Shown here: one piece after another, positions 1 through 15,000 of the stretch
Position numbering within the stretch: position 1 is the stretch's first letter
Layout: every line of letters starts with the position of its first letter
Notes under the pieces: generated by a model
Told to the model about the DNA's origin: nothing
Databases searched by the model: none
The model's input: only the letters and a program-made list of their open reading frames with translations
NCBI GenBank assembly: GCA_964019335.1
Contig: OZ025710.1
Coordinates: 372,001-436,000 of the forward strand
DNA: 64,000 nucleotides
Direction of reading: 5' to 3'
DNA from: Diplonema japonicum
Taxonomy: Eukaryota > Protista > Euglenozoa: Diplonemea
Position numbers and translations under genes: made by a program

Positions 1-1
1 G

Positions 2-3000
2 ATGTGGGCGACGGCGAACACCTGCGTTGACAACCCGTGCCGCACGATCACAGACCAGCAGGCGTGCACGGCGGTGGCGATGGAGATGCCTTCCCCGTGC
101 ACGGCACCAAGGGGGAACCCGGACTACTGCTTCCTGAACGTGTGCGAGTACGACGCGAACAAGGCCCCGAGCTGCAACCCGAAGAAGTGCCTGCACACGG
201 CGGAGGGGGAGTGCAACGCGGAGGACGGGTGCCAGTGGGTGCCGCTCGCCACGCCGGCGCCAACGGGCCCGCCGTCGACCCTCGTGGAGTACTGCGCGGA
301 GGAGAAGTGCAAGTACACGAACACGCAGCAGTGCAACAACGACCCGTACTGCAAGTGGGACGACCAGAGGTCGACCTGCGTGGAGGCGAAGTGCCCGAAG
401 CACCCGGATGAGCTGACCTGCGACCAGGACAAGGTGTGCCACTGGGACTCGTCCTCGAGCCCGCCGATCTGCGGGCCCACCGTGTGCGGGGTGCACACGA
501 CGCAGGGGGCGTGCACGGCGAACAGCGGCTGCATGTGGGAGGACAGCTCGAACCCCGCATACTGCACCGCCGCGTCTTGTGAGAGGTACAACGTCCCGAA
601 CCCGAACGACAAGTGCGGGTGCGTGGCGGACCCCGATTGCTCGTGGGTGGCGGACACAACCGGATCGGGGAACTCGCACTGCGCGAAGACCTCCTTCTCC
701 ACCTGCCCCGACATGGACGTTGCCTTCGTGGTCGACGGGTCGGGCTCCATGTCGAGGTCCTTCGGGAACCACCCACACGGCTTCTACGGGCTGATGGAGA
801 CTCTGAGGGACTGGGTGAGGACGCTCCCCCTCACGGGAGAGGACCACACGGTGGGAGGAAACTCGAACGTGAAGGGGGGCGGTTTCCGTCTCACCTTCAT
901 CCAGTTCTCGAGGGCTGAGGCGACGCCCGCGATGGACCACCCCACAAACTGCGCGGTGGGCCAGTGCACGGACGGTCTCTTCTCTGGTAACATCAACGAG
1001 CTGATGGGGGACATCGACTGGCACGAGGCGAACTACCAGGGGCAATGGACCTACCTCCACGACGCCCTTCTGGACGTGGCGGACCACGCCTTCCTCCCCA
1101 CTCAGTCCCCCCCGCACAGGAAACACGTGGTGATCATCATCGCCGACGGTGGGCTCACCGACTACGACGGCGACGCCTGCAGCGCCGGGACGTCGTGCGG
1201 GCAGTGCCCCCGCGGCTGTGACGCCAACTGGAAGCCCACCTACCCCGGGATGCTGGACGACGCGCAGCAGAAGCTCCGCGACGAGGACGTGATCGTGTTC
1301 GGGATCGTGATGAGGAGGTTCAGCTACCACACCTTCCAGGACGACAACGCGGAGGCGAAGCTGAAGCCGCTTGTGACGGACCCGAAGAACGACCACTTCA
1401 TGAACCTCATGCTGGACGAGATCCCGGGGCAGGTGCTGGAGCCCTTCTGCGACCCGAACTCGAAGTTCGGGAAGGCGCTGATCCCCCCCGTGGACGCGAA
1501 GCACTACCAGTGCGCGACCTGGGGGTTCAAGGACGAGTGCAACGCCGACAGCCTGTGCGAGTGGACGACCCCGCGTCTCACGACCTGCTCGTCCACGACG
1601 GGGTGCCCCCAGCTGAACTGCCAGGGGATCCCGCAGCAGTACAAGGGACTGTACGACTGCAGCAAGTGCAAGCTGCAGAGGGCGACGGTGATCTGCGGGG
1701 CGACGGTGCGGTCGTCGATCTCCGGGACGTGCGAGGAGACACACTGCGCGAAGTGCTGCGACAAAAAGTGCTGCGACGCCGACCCCGCGTGCGGGTGGCA
1801 GACACCGGGCGACGTGTGCGTGCGCAACGTGTGCAAGTACACGGACCAGAACGCGTGTGTGAACGACCCCGACCTCCTGTGCAAGTGGGACGGGAGCAAG
1901 TGCGACCCGAAGCCGTGCGGCTCGATCTTCGTGAGGGAAAAGTGTTTGAACAGCACGGCGGACTGCCAGTGGGACACGTCCCTCGACCCCCCCGTGTGCA
2001 AGCAGATCCCAACCTGTTCGACGAAGGACCAGGCCTCGTGCAAGGCGGACCCGAAGTGCGTGTGGGACTGCGAAAGCACCGTTTGCAGGGACTCGAAGTG
2101 CACGTACCCGGACATGGGGACCTGCTCCGTGGACACGGACTGCGAGTGGACCGGATCGGTATGCGAGGAGAAGAAGTGCACGCCGGCGAAGACGCAGGCG
2201 GACTGCAAGGACTGCGACAGCTGCACGTGGGACCTCACCACCACGCTGTGCTCGCAGGACAAGTGCAAGCCTCTGAACCAGGCGGACTGCACGGCGAGCC
2301 CCGTGTGCCACTGGGACAACAACGCGTGCGTGACGGACTACTGCCCGCAGTACGGGGACGACGAGGCGAAGTGCGACCACGACCCGAGGTGCCACTGGGA
2401 CCCCGTGCAGACGCCGCCGAGCTGCCAACCGACGGTGTGCACGACGAAGCACAACACCCTGTACCCGGGTCTCGGGGACACGCCGACGCAGATGGGGACG
2501 ATCGACGCGACGGCGTGCACGAACGACCCGGAGTGCAAGACCGGGTCCGACTCGAAGGGTCCGTACTGCAAGTCCGCGCGCTGCGCGGACCACCCGACGA
2601 ACTGCGAGTGCGTGGCGGACCCGAAGTGCTACTGGGACCCGAGCGTGACGCCGCCCGCCGCGAAGTGCAAGGACAACAAGGTGTCGAACTGCCCGGACCT
2701 GGACGTGGTCTTCGTGCTGGACGGATCCGGATCCATGGGAGCGCGCTTCGGGACCCACCCGCACGGCTACTACGGGATGCTCGAGATGCTGCGCGACTGG
2801 GTGCGCACGCTCCCCTTGACGGGGGAGGACAACACGGTCGGGATCAACTCGAACGTGAAGGGCGGTACCTTCCGTATCGCCTTCGTGCAGTTTTCCATTG
2901 AGAACGAGTACTGGGTGTGCAGGAACGGAGCGGACGGGTGCGACCGCCGGAAGTTCCGGTCCTGCAGGATGCCGCGTCTCCCGGCGGGACGGACCTGCTC

Positions 3001-6000
3001 GAACGGGCAGCTCACGGGCGACCTGGACGAGCTGGAGAACGACATCGACTGGCACGAGGAGAACTACATGGGGTCGCTCACCTACATGGCGGCGGCTCTG
3101 GACGACGCGGTCGACATCTTCCAGAGGTCCCCCGCCCACCGTGCACACGTCCTCGTCATCATCACGGACGGGCAGATGAACCCCGTGGAGCCCCAGAAGA
3201 GCACCCTGATCCCCGCTATCAGGAGGAAGCTGGATGCGGAGGGGGTTGTAACCTTCGGGGTGGTGGTGCGAAAGGGGACGGCGCACACGCAGGCGGACAT
3301 CGAGGCGGAGGAGACCCTGAAGCCGGTGACCTCCGACGACCACGACGACCACTTCGTGAACGTGCCGCTGGACGACATGCTCGATGAGGTGTTCAACGAC
3401 TTCTGCAACCCCTCGGGGAGGTTCGGGGCCGCCATCAGGCAGCAGGCGCAGAACCAGAACGGCGGCGGCGGCGGCAGCGGAGGGGGGACGACGAAGCCGC
3501 CGGCGCAGTCGGGGGCGGTCCCCTGCACGAAGTGGGGGGTGAAGCTGGAGTGCAGGTCGGACCAGGCGTGCGAGTGGAAGACGCCGCCGCCCAGCTCCTG
3601 CTCCGGGAACGGGTGCACGAACCTGAACTGCCTGGAGCTGCCGGCGGCGCAGGTGTCGGCGGGGATGACCTGCACGAACTGCAAGCTGTCCGGGGGCGCG
3701 ATCTCGTGCACGGCCGGGTCGAGCAACCCGGTGGGGAGCGGCTACTGCGGGTCGACCAAGTGCGAGGAGCACTGCGAGGAGGTGCCGTGCGAGCAAGACA
3801 CAGCGAACAACTGCTTCTGGGACGTGGACAAGTGCCAGAGGAAGGTGTGCAAGTACCCCGACAAGAACGCGTGCGAGAACGACCCCGACGACATGTGCAT
3901 GTGGGACACGACGGCGACGCCGGCGACGTGCGTGCCGAAGAAGTGCCTGTACTTCACGCAGGGGACGTGCAACGCAGACAACGACTGCCAGTGGGACCCG
4001 AACACACAGGCCTGCAAGGAGAAGGACCCGGACTGCACGACGATCGTCGACAAGCTGGGCTGTCTGAACCACGTGAGCGGGGCGTGCGACTGGGACTGCG
4101 ACAAGAACAGCTGCGTGATGAAGGTGTGCGACGAGACGACGAAGCAGACCTGCGAGAGCGCGGCGGCGGGGTGCGAGTGGGACGCCGGGAGTAGTGGTTG
4201 CCACAAGAAACGCTGCGTCGGGCTGAACACGGAGAACGCGTGCATCTCGGACGGGGCGTGCGTGTGGACGGCACCGGCCACGTGCGAGGAGTCGAAGTGC
4301 TACAAGCACGCGTCGGAGGCGACGTGCAACCACGACACGGACTGCCACTGGGACCCGACGGGTTGCGAGGGCTGCAAGGAGAAGTACTGCTACACGACCT
4401 TCAAGGACTCGACGAGCTGCAACGCGGACCCGAAGGGCCAGTGCATGTGGGACGCGGGGAACAACAAGTGCGTCGACAAGGACTGCGACAACTACAACAA
4501 CCCCGCGATGGGGCCGGACAGGATGTGCGACTGCCAGGCGGACCCCCGCTGTGTGGTGGACCGCACGGACCCCAGCAACCCGATGTGCAGGGACCAGCAC
4601 TTCACGCAGTGCCCGGACCTCGACGTGGTGGTGGCCTTCGACGGGTCGACCTCGATGAACAACAGGTTCGGGACGCACCCCAACGGCTTCGACGGGCTGA
4701 TGGAGGCCCTGCGTGACTGGGTGAAGGCGCTCCCCTTGACGGGGGAGAGTGCCGGAACCCCGTCGACCGACACGAACGGGAGGGTGCGGGTCGGGTTCAG
4801 CGAGTGGGACCAAGGGGTGAGGCTCGCGGAGTGCCCGCAGTGCGCGTGCAGCCCGGCGGTCTCAACCACGGGGGACGGGATCCCCACCATAAGCAACATG
4901 AACACGCAGGGGGGGAACCGCCCCGCCGACAACTGCGGGAAGCTGACCGGCAACAGGGCGCAGCTCTTGGCGGACCTGGACTGGCACGAGCAGGAGAACA
5001 GGAGGCCGCAGACGCTGGTGAAGGAGGCGGAGGAGTTCGCAGGGGAGGTCTTCAAGGAGTCCCCCGCGAACAGGAAGAAGATCCTCCTCATCTTCACGGA
5101 CGGGATGATCCAGGACAGGGGCTCGCTGGGCCCCGCCGGGGCGGTGCTCGCCGCGGAGGGGGTGCAGACCTTCGGGATCGTGCTGACGAGGGGGACCCCC
5201 AACTTCCTGGACCAGCTGAACCTGAACGCCCTGAAGGAGATCGTGACGGACCCCGTGGACAGCCACGCGCTGATGATGCAGATCGACGACGCGCACCAGG
5301 TGCTCGACGACTTCTGCAACCCGAACAGCGTGTTCGGAGCGCTCATCACGAGCGGGTCGGGCTCGAGCACCCCGGGGAAGGAGCCCGCGTGCGACACGAT
5401 CCAGGGCATCCCCGACTGCGAGGCGCGCTCGACCTGCCAGTGGAACGCGATCACGGTGGCCTGCGAGGACCACCCTTGCTTCCGCCACTGCAAGGAAACG
5501 GACTGCGTGGCGGACACGACGAACAAGTGCAAGTTCAACAGCGTGACCCTGCAGTGCGACAAGACGGTGTGCAAGGACCTCACGACGCAGCAGACCTGCG
5601 CGGACAAGGGGTGCACGTGGGACGCAACGCAGACCCCGCCCTGCATCGACGGGCCGTGCCCCGCGACGGACAGGTCGACCTGCAACAACCTCGGGCCGCA
5701 GTGCACGTGGGACCCGGCGCTGCAGCCGCCGAAGTGCGTGGAGACCCCGTGCTTCCACGCGAACAAGACGGACTGCGTGGCGGACACGCCGGACTGCGAG
5801 TGGGACGAGGCGTGCGCGGACCCGGTGGACCAGAAGTGCGTGCCGAAGAGGTGCTCGCAGCCGGACCACGCGACGCAGGCGGGCTGTGTGAAGGACACGT
5901 GGTGCGTGTGGACGAACACCCTGACCTGCGAGCTCGGGAAGTGCGCGAAGTATCCGACGGAGAAGTGCTGCGACCACGACGACGGCTGCCACTGGGACAT

Positions 6001-9000
6001 CACGCAGACGCCGCCGGTGTGCGGGGAGAAGTACTGCCCGAAGACCTACCCGACGGTGGGGACGAAGGACCAGTGCGATGCCGACAGCAAGTGCATGTGG
6101 GACTCCGGGAAGCTTGCGTGTGTGGAGGAGGACTGCAGCAAGCTGGACAAGTGCCCGTGCAGGGCGCACCCGGACTGCTACTGGGACGCAGCGCACAACA
6201 AGTGCACGGACCAGAAGTACGGCGAATGCCCCACGATGGACGTGATCATGCTGATGGACGGGTCGGGCTCCATGGACGCCTGGTTCGGGAACCACCCGCA
6301 CGGCTTCTACGGGCTTGTTGAGATTTTGAGGGACTGGGCGAAGACCCTCCCCCTCACGGGGGAGAAGGCGGGGACCAACACCGGACCCGGCCCCGCAACC
6401 GGAGGCCTGAGGCTGGGGTTCGTGCAGTTCTCCGGGCAGAACCCCTGGTGGTTCATCAGTGGGAGGTCGGAGGCGATCCAGACCCCTGATGGCAGGAACA
6501 AGGTTGGGACAGGGGGACACCTGTCGGGAGACCTCAGTGAGATCAACGATGACCTGGACTGGCACGAGGCGAACTACATGGGGGACGGGACCATGATCGA
6601 GAAGGGGCTCGTGATGGTGGGCGACATGTTCGACGCCTCGCACCAGCACGCCGTGCGCCCCAGGGTCCTCATCATCTTCACGGACGGGCAGATCTACGAC
6701 CCGAACTCCCTGGCCCCCGCGCGCGCGGTGCTGGACCAGGAGGACGTGCAGACCTTCGGTATCGTGATCAGGAAGCAGCAGGCGCACACGAAGGCGGACG
6801 TGGACGCGGAGGCGACGCTGAAGCCGATCACCTCGGACGCGCACGACGACCACTTCCAGAACCTCATGCTGGACGAGATCTCGACGAAGGTGCTCGGGGA
6901 CATCTGTGACCCGAACGGGAAGTTCGGGCACCTCATCGTGACGACCCCGCCCTCGCAGCAGGCCGGGGTGCACGCCCCGTGCCCGCACCACTCGGACGCG
7001 CACCTCTGCAACGCCGACCCCGGGTGCGAGTGGCACGCGGCGAGCGCGGCGTGCAGCGACTCGCCGTGCATCGCACACTGCGACGAGCAGTCGTGCGTGA
7101 AGGATCTGGCGAACCTGTGCAAGTGGAACGGGACGGAGTGCTGGAAGGAGACGAAGTGCGCCTACACGGACCAGACCTCGTGCGTGAGCTCCCCCGACCT
7201 GTGCGTGTGGGACAAGACCGGGAAGTGCGTGCTGCCGCCGTGCACCCCGAACAAGAACCAGGCGGACTGCGACGCGGACCAGGACGGGTGCGCGTGGGTG
7301 AACCAGAACGGGCAGGACGTGTGCATTGTGGACCCGTGCTCGTCGCCGTTCCAGTCGGTGTGCCTTTCCGACCCGGCGTGCAAGTGGGACTACCCGCTGT
7401 GCGGGAACACGACGAAGCTCCAGTGCATGAGCAGGGGGTGCGACTACTTCTCAAAGAAGGGGGACTGCGACGCGGACGTGCACTGCGTGTGGGACGCGCC
7501 CGGAGCAACCTGCAAGGACAGGGTGTGCGCGCAGTTCAGGGACGAGAGGTGCTGCGACAAGGACGCGAGCTGCAAGTGGGACATCACGACGAACCCCGCG
7601 GTCTGCAACCAGAAGAAGTGCCCGGCGATCCAGGCGCAGCAGAAGTGCGACGAGCAGAGCGACTGCATGTGGAACACGACGGCGAACCCGCAGTACTGCA
7701 CGGACCTGGACTGCAGCAAGTTCCCGACGATGTGCCCGTGCAACCAGCACTCCAAGTGCTACTGGAAGCCGGGGGCCGGGATCTCCGGGACCGGCGCCTG
7801 CGTGGCGATCCAGTTCGGGGAGTGCCCGACGCTGGACATCGTGCTGGTCCTCGACGGGTCCGGGTCGATGTCTGCGAGGTTCGGGAACCACCCGCACGGC
7901 TTCGACGCCCTGATGGAGATGATGAGGGACTGGATCGAGACGCTCCCCCTGAACGGAGAGGCGGCGTCGGTCGGGATCAACTCCAAGAAGGACAACGGCG
8001 GGGTGCGTGTGGGTATGGTGCAGTTCTCGGGGCAGAACTACCGCAGGAGCCAGGCGAGGAAGACCCCCGGAAGGACGGGGACCGCGGGGAGGCTCTCGGG
8101 TGTGCTGCAGGAGCTCGAGGACGACGTGGACTGGCACGAGGACAACTACATGGGCCAGGGGACGATGATTGAGCAGGGGCTGACGATGGCGGCCGACATG
8201 TTCCACGCCTCACCCGTGGACGGGAGGCAGAGGGTGCTGTTCGTCTTCACGGACGGGCAGATCTACGACCCGAACTCGCTGGGCACCGCAAGGGCAGAGC
8301 TGGACCGCGAGGGGGTGCAGGTGTTCGGTATCGTGGTGAGGAAGGCGACGAAGCACACGAAGGCGGACCTGGACGCGGAGAAGACGCTGAAGCCGATCAC
8401 CTCGGACCCGCACGACGACCACTTCAAGAACGTGATGATCGACGAGGTGCCGGACCTCATGGGCGGGATCTGCGACCCGAACGGCCCTTGGGGACACCTC
8501 ATCGTGAAGAACCCGCCGCAGCCCTCCAGCGGTGTGCACCTCCCGTGCCCGGACTACCAGACACAGGGGACCTGCAAGAAGGACCCCGGCTGCATCTGGT
8601 CGGACGTCGGGGCGGTGTGCTTGAACTCGCCGTGCCTGCTGCACTGCAGCGACTCGGCGTGCCAAGCGGACCCGAACAACAACTGCACCTGGGTGAACGG
8701 GAGCATCTGCACGAACGCCCCGGACCCGAACTGCGACTGCCACTACGCGACGGGAGACCCCGTGTACAACGAGAAGATGTGCAAGGCGGACGCGATGTGC
8801 CAGTGGAACGCGGCGAGCAAGGCGTGCGAGCACGACCAGTGCGCGACGGGCCAGGCCGGGAACCTCTCCTGCGGGGCTGTGAACCAGCTCTGCAACGACC
8901 CGGACCCCACGCCCTGCACGGACGACTGGACGTGCGAGTGCGTGCCGCCGGCGGTGCGGGACCCGGCGACGCAGCCCGGGCAAGGGCCCGCGGTGTGCGT

Positions 9001-12000
9001 GCTCGACGAGTGCGTGGCGGACTGCCCGACCTGCGCGAAGACAACCTGCAGCGACAAGATGCAGACCTGCCACGACCCGAACCCGACGACGACGAGCCTG
9101 AGCGACTGGACCTGCACCTGCCCGCCCCCCTACACGGGGGTGGCGGTTGCGAACGCGGCGACCTGCCAGATCGACGAGTGCGTGGAGGACTGCCCGACCT
9201 GCTCGAAGGGGACGTGCAAGGCGAAGAACCAGACCTGCCACGACCCGGACACGACGACGCTGAGCGACTGGACCTGCACCTGCCCGCCGCCCTCGACCCA
9301 GAGCGCGGTGACGTCGGCGGTCCTGAGCTGCGACTTCGACGAGTGCACGATCCACAAGGACACGTGCGAGAACGCGGACCAGACCTGCATCGACCCCTCG
9401 CCGTCCGTGACCGGGGACTGGACGTGCAACTGCAAGCCGCCGACGAACGGGAGCGCAACGGCCCAGGTTGCCTGGTGCGAGCTCGACGAGTGCGTGAAGG
9501 CGTGCCCGAGCTGCGCGAACACGACGTGCACGGCTGAGAACCAGCTGTGCGACGACCCGAACAAGGCGGCGCACTCCACCGGGGACTGGACCTGCACCTG
9601 CGTCGACCCGTTCAGCGGGCAGGCGACGGCGGCGGCCGCGGTCTGCAAGCTCGACGAGTGCGCCCCCACGTGCACCGGGCCCACCTGTGCGAAGACCACC
9701 TGCAGCGACGGGAACCAGACCTGCCACGACCCGGACTTCACGAAGCTCAGCGACTGGACCTGCAGCTGTCCGCCGCCCTCGACGCAGAACCCCGTGGTCG
9801 GAGGGCTCGTCCCGAACTGCGAGGTCGACGAGTGCACCCTGCACGGGACCACCTGCACGAACCAGAAGCAGACCTGCGAGGACCCGAACAAGCTGGTCCC
9901 GGACGACTGGATGTGCAAGTGCGTGCCCCCGATGAACGGGAGCGCGACGGCGCAGCCCGCGCACTGCACCCTCGACGAGTGCGCGAAGGACTGCACGGGA
10001 CCGACCTGCGCGAACGACACCTGCTCGACGGTGGGGCAGACCTGCGAGGACCCCGACATCTCGAGCACCTCGACCCTGGACTGGACCTGCACCTGCCCGG
10101 CCCCCTACACGGGGGTGGCGATTGCGAACCAGGCGACCTGCGTCCTGGACGAGTGCGCCGTGAACTGCACAGGACCGACCTGTGCCGGTACCACCTGCAG
10201 CGCCGTGAACCAGACCTGCCACGACCCGGACACCAGCACGCTGAGCGACTGGACCTGCACCTGCCCGCCGCCCTCGAAGAAGCCGCCGCAGACGGGGGCA
10301 GCGGTGATGGGGTGCGACGAGGACGAGTGCGACAAGATGAAGGACATCTGCCTCAACGTGGGACAGACCTGCGAGGACCCGAACAAGCTGGTCCCGGACG
10401 ACTGGATGTGCAAGTGCAAGCCCCCGATGAACGGGAGCGCAACGGCGCAGCCCGCGCACTGCACCCTCGACGAGTGCGCGAAGGACTGCACGGGACCGAC
10501 CTGCGCGAACGACACCTGCTCGACGGTGGGGCAGACCTGCGAGGACCCCGACATCTCGAGCACCTCGACGAACGACTGGACCTGCACCTGCCCGGCCCCC
10601 TACACGGGGGTGGCGATTGCGAACCAGGCAATCTGCCGCATCGACGAGTGCGTGGAGACCTGTGCGACCTGTGCGGACAACGCGTGCTCGAACGCGTCGC
10701 AGATCTGCAACGACCCGGACACCAGCAAGCTGAGCGACTGGACGTGCTCGTGCCCGCCGCCTGCGCAGAAGCCGCCGCAGGTGGGGGGCCCCGTGGCCCC
10801 GTCGTGCGACGTCGACGAGTGCGACCTGCACAAGGACACGTGCGTGAACCACGCGCAGGACTGCGTGGACCCGAACCCCGGAAAGGTGGGGGACTGGGAG
10901 TGCAGGTGCAAGCCCCCGATGAACGGGAGCGCGACGGCGCAGCCCGCGGAGTGCACGATCGACGAGTGTGTGGCGGACTGCGCGACCTGCTCGAAGGGGA
11001 AGTGCACCGGGGCGGGACAGACCTGCGACGACCCGAACACGGCGTCGACGAGCCTGAGCGACTGGACCTGCACCTGCCCGCCTCCCTCGACCGGGACAGC
11101 TGTCGCGAACGTCGCGGAGTGCGTGATCGACGAGTGCGTGGAGGACTGCGCGACCTGCTCGAAGGGGACGTGCTCGAAGGAGGGGCAGACCTGCCACGAC
11201 CCGAACATCGCGTCGTCGAGCCTGAGCGACTGGATCTGCACCTGCCCGCCCCCCTCGACCGGGACGGCGACGGCGCAGGCGGCAAGCCCGTGCGTGGTCG
11301 ACGAGTGCAAGGTCCCCGACAACGAGAAGAAGTGCGCGGACGCCGGACAGGTGTGCGTGGACCCGAACCCGACCCTGAGCAGCAGGAACGACTGGGAGTG
11401 CCGCTGCGTGGTGCCGCCGGCGATCAAGGTGAAGTCGGCGGTGATGACGCCCGCAGACTGCGAGTACCCGGGGGAGTGCATGACGGACCCCGAGGCGAAG
11501 AAGTGCACGGACGCGGGGCACATCTGCGACGACCCGAACACGTCCCCGGGCTCGACCGGGGACTGGGTGTGCATCTGCACGCCTCCCTCGACGGGGGCGA
11601 ACGCGACGGCGAGCTCGAACGTGATGTGCGAGACCGACGAGTGCAAGGTGGTGTGCCCCACGTGCGCGCAGACGGCGACGAGCCCCGCGAACGTGTGCGA
11701 GCAGGAGGGCCAGGAGTGCGAGGACCCGGACAAGACGGCCTTCGGGGACTGGCAGTGCAAGTGCCCCAGCCCGTGGACCGGGACCCCCATGACCGGGGCC
11801 CCCGCGAACTGCTCGCTCGACGAGTGCGTTGTGCAGAACTGCCCGACCTGCGCGAAGACGACCTGCAGCGACAAGATGCAGACCTGTGACGACCCGAACA
11901 CCGGGGTGCACAGCGTGAACGACTGGACGTGCACGTGCCCGCCGCCGGCGGTGGGGAGCGCGACGGCGAAGGCCGCGACGTGCGTGTGCGACGAGTGCCA

Positions 12001-15000
12001 GGAGCCGACGCAGCAGTGCGCCGGCGCGAAGCAGCTCTGCTTTGACCCGAACACGGACTGCAGCAACAAGGGCGACTACGTTTGCGAGTGCAAGGCGCCG
12101 TTCACCGGGGTGGCGACGGCGCAGCCCGCAACCTGCGAGGTGGACGAGTGCATCGAGAAGGGGGCGACCTGCACGGCGGTGGGGCAGATCTGCGACGACC
12201 CCGACAAGACGAAGCTCGACGACTGGCAGTGCAAGTGCAAGCCCCCCAGCACCGGGTTGGGGGTGACGAAGCCGGCGGCGCAGTGCAACCTCGACGAGTG
12301 CGTTGTGCAAGCCTGCCCGACCTGCGCGAACACGACCTGCAGCGACGCGGACCAGACCTGCGAGGACCCGAACACGGACGCCTCGAGCACGATGGACTGG
12401 GTGTGCACCTGCAAGCCGCCCGCGGCGATGAACTCGGCGACGGCGAAGCCCGCGACGTGCGTGTGCGACGAGTGCGCGACGGACACGGTGTGCGCCGGCG
12501 CGAACCAGACCTGCTTCGACGCGAACAAGGTGTGCAACACCCCGCCGGACTTCGAGTGCGAGTGCGAGCCGCCGATGATCGGGAAGGGGGCGACGGTGCC
12601 CGCGGTGTGCTCGCTCGACGAGTGCGAGCTGCACTCGGCGACCTGCCTCGCCCAGCAGCAGGAGTGCTTCGACCCGGACCTGGCGAAGGTCGGGGACTGG
12701 GAGTGCCTCTGCAAGCCGCCGATGACGGGGAGCGCGACGGCGATGCCGGCGGAGTGCGTGTACGACGAGTGCGTGCTGAACTGCTCGACGTGCGCGAACA
12801 AGACCTGCAGCGACGCCAATCAGGAGTGCGAGGACCCGAACACGTCGCCCGCTAGCACGAGCGACTGGGAGTGCAAGTGCCCGCCGCCGTCGAACCACAC
12901 CGCAACGGGGAAGCCCGCGATCTGCGACCTCGACGAGTGCAAGGACCCGAAGAAGGCCGGGCAGTGCACGGAGAACTGCGACCCCGGGACGCTGGACTGC
13001 GGGCAGACCTGCTACGACCCCAACCCGACGGTGGGGAGCGAGGACGACTGGGAGTGCCAGTGCCCGCCTCCGTCGACCCAGAAGACGACGGCCGGCCCCG
13101 TGATGCACTGCGAGTACGACGAGTGCAAGGAGAAGGAGGCTGTGTGCCTCGCGGAGGGGCAGACCTGCCACGACCCGGACACGAGGACCCTGAACACCTG
13201 GATGTGCATCTGCACGCTGCCCTCGACCGGGAACGCGACGGTGAGGCCGGCCAGGTGTCTCCTGGACGAGTGCAAGGTTCAGAACTGCCCGACCTGCGCG
13301 AACGACACCTGCTCGGCGGTCGGGCAGGAGTGCGAGGACCCCGACACGGTGGCGACGAGCACGAACGACTGGATCTGCAAGTGCCCGCCGCCGTCGACCC
13401 ACCAGGCGACGGCGAAGCCGGCGGTGTGCGAGGTCGACGAGTGCGACGACCCGCTGAACAACTGCACGGCGAACTGCGTGACCCCGAACACCCCGAACTG
13501 CGAGCAGACCTGCTTCGACCCGAACACGGCGCCGGCCAGCCTCGGGGACTGGGTGTGCAACTGCCCGCCGCCCACGACAGGGAAGGCGACGGCACAGGCG
13601 GCGATGTGCACGGTCGACGAGTGCGTGGAGCACGGGGCGACCTGCACGGCAGAGGGGCAGACCTGCAGGGACACGAACACGAGCAGGCTGAACGACTGGG
13701 AGTGCCTGTGCAAGGATCCGGCGAAGGGGTCGGCGACGGCGACGGCGGCGAAGTGCGTGCTCGACGAGTGCGTGGAGAACTGCGACACCTGCTCGAAGAA
13801 CACGTGCAAGGACGAGGGGCAGACCTGCTTCGACCCGAACACGGACCCCGCCAGCAAGAGCGACTGGACGTGCACGTGCCCGCTTCCGTCGACAAACTCG
13901 GCGACGGCGAAGGCGGCGAGCTGCGGGGTCGACGAGTGCGAGAAGAACGGCTGGAAGTGCACGGCGGACTGCACGGGGGTGCTGAACTGCGCGCAGACCT
14001 GCTTCGACCCGAACACCACGTCGAGCAGCCTCGGGGACTGGAGGTGCGTGTGCCAGCCGCCGTCGACGGACTTCGCGGTGGCGAAGGCGGCGATCTGCAC
14101 GGTGGAGCCGTGCGTGCACGACAACGAGCCTGCTTGCGAGCAGGACCCCGACGGATGCGAGTGGGCGCTGCTCCCGACCCCGACCTGCAAGCCGATCCCG
14201 TGCCAACACACGAAGGAGGCGGAGTGCCTGAAGGACACCGGGTGCGAGTGGCTGGTGTACTCGGGGGCGTCGACGACGACGGGGACAGGCGCCATCTCCT
14301 ACGAGGTGCTCGTCCCGCTGAAGCCCTTCCCCGCGGCGACCTGTGACGCGAGCTGCGCGTGCGCGTCGAAGACGGCGGTGTACATCCGCGTCGGCGACGG
14401 CTACGTGAACGGAAAAGACTCCCTCACGTGCGGGGCGTGCTCCACCACCGCGGGGGTGACGGTGGACTGGAAGGAGGCGGACGGGTCGCTGACGGTGAGC
14501 GGGGTGAGCGGCGACAAGCTCGCGGAGATCGTGGCGAGCGTGGTCTTCACGACCTCGTCGAAGGACGGGGCGAAGAGGCACGTCACCTGGAACTTCGGGA
14601 CGGCGCTGGACGCGGCGGCGGCGGCGACAGCGTGCGGCGGGGTGGTGGACCTGGTGGGCGGGGTGTGCGTGACGGAGAAGTGCGACTACACAACGAACCC
14701 GACCTGCGAGGCGGACCCGTACTGCGACTGGGTGGGCGGGACGACCGACCCGTGCGTGATCGCGCCGTGCGTGCTGTACCCGAACGAGAAGGAGTGCTCG
14801 AAGGACCCGGACTGCCGCTACGACGTGGGGACCTCGCCTGCGCTGTGCAAGGAGAAGCCCTGCAGGGCCTTCAAGGGTCCCGTGGAGTGCAACGCCGAGG
14901 ACGAGTGCATGTGGGACGGGACGAACACGAAGTGCGTGGAGAAGGAGTGCAGCAAGTTCAACGACGACCGCTGCCAGTGCCACGCGGAGGACAGGTGCTA

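Noticed and set aside
8831-14100. Regularly spaced DNA repeats suggesting a CRISPR-like array
   Set aside because: They are in-frame protein module repeats with synonymous variation. No cas genes are present and the context is eukaryotic.
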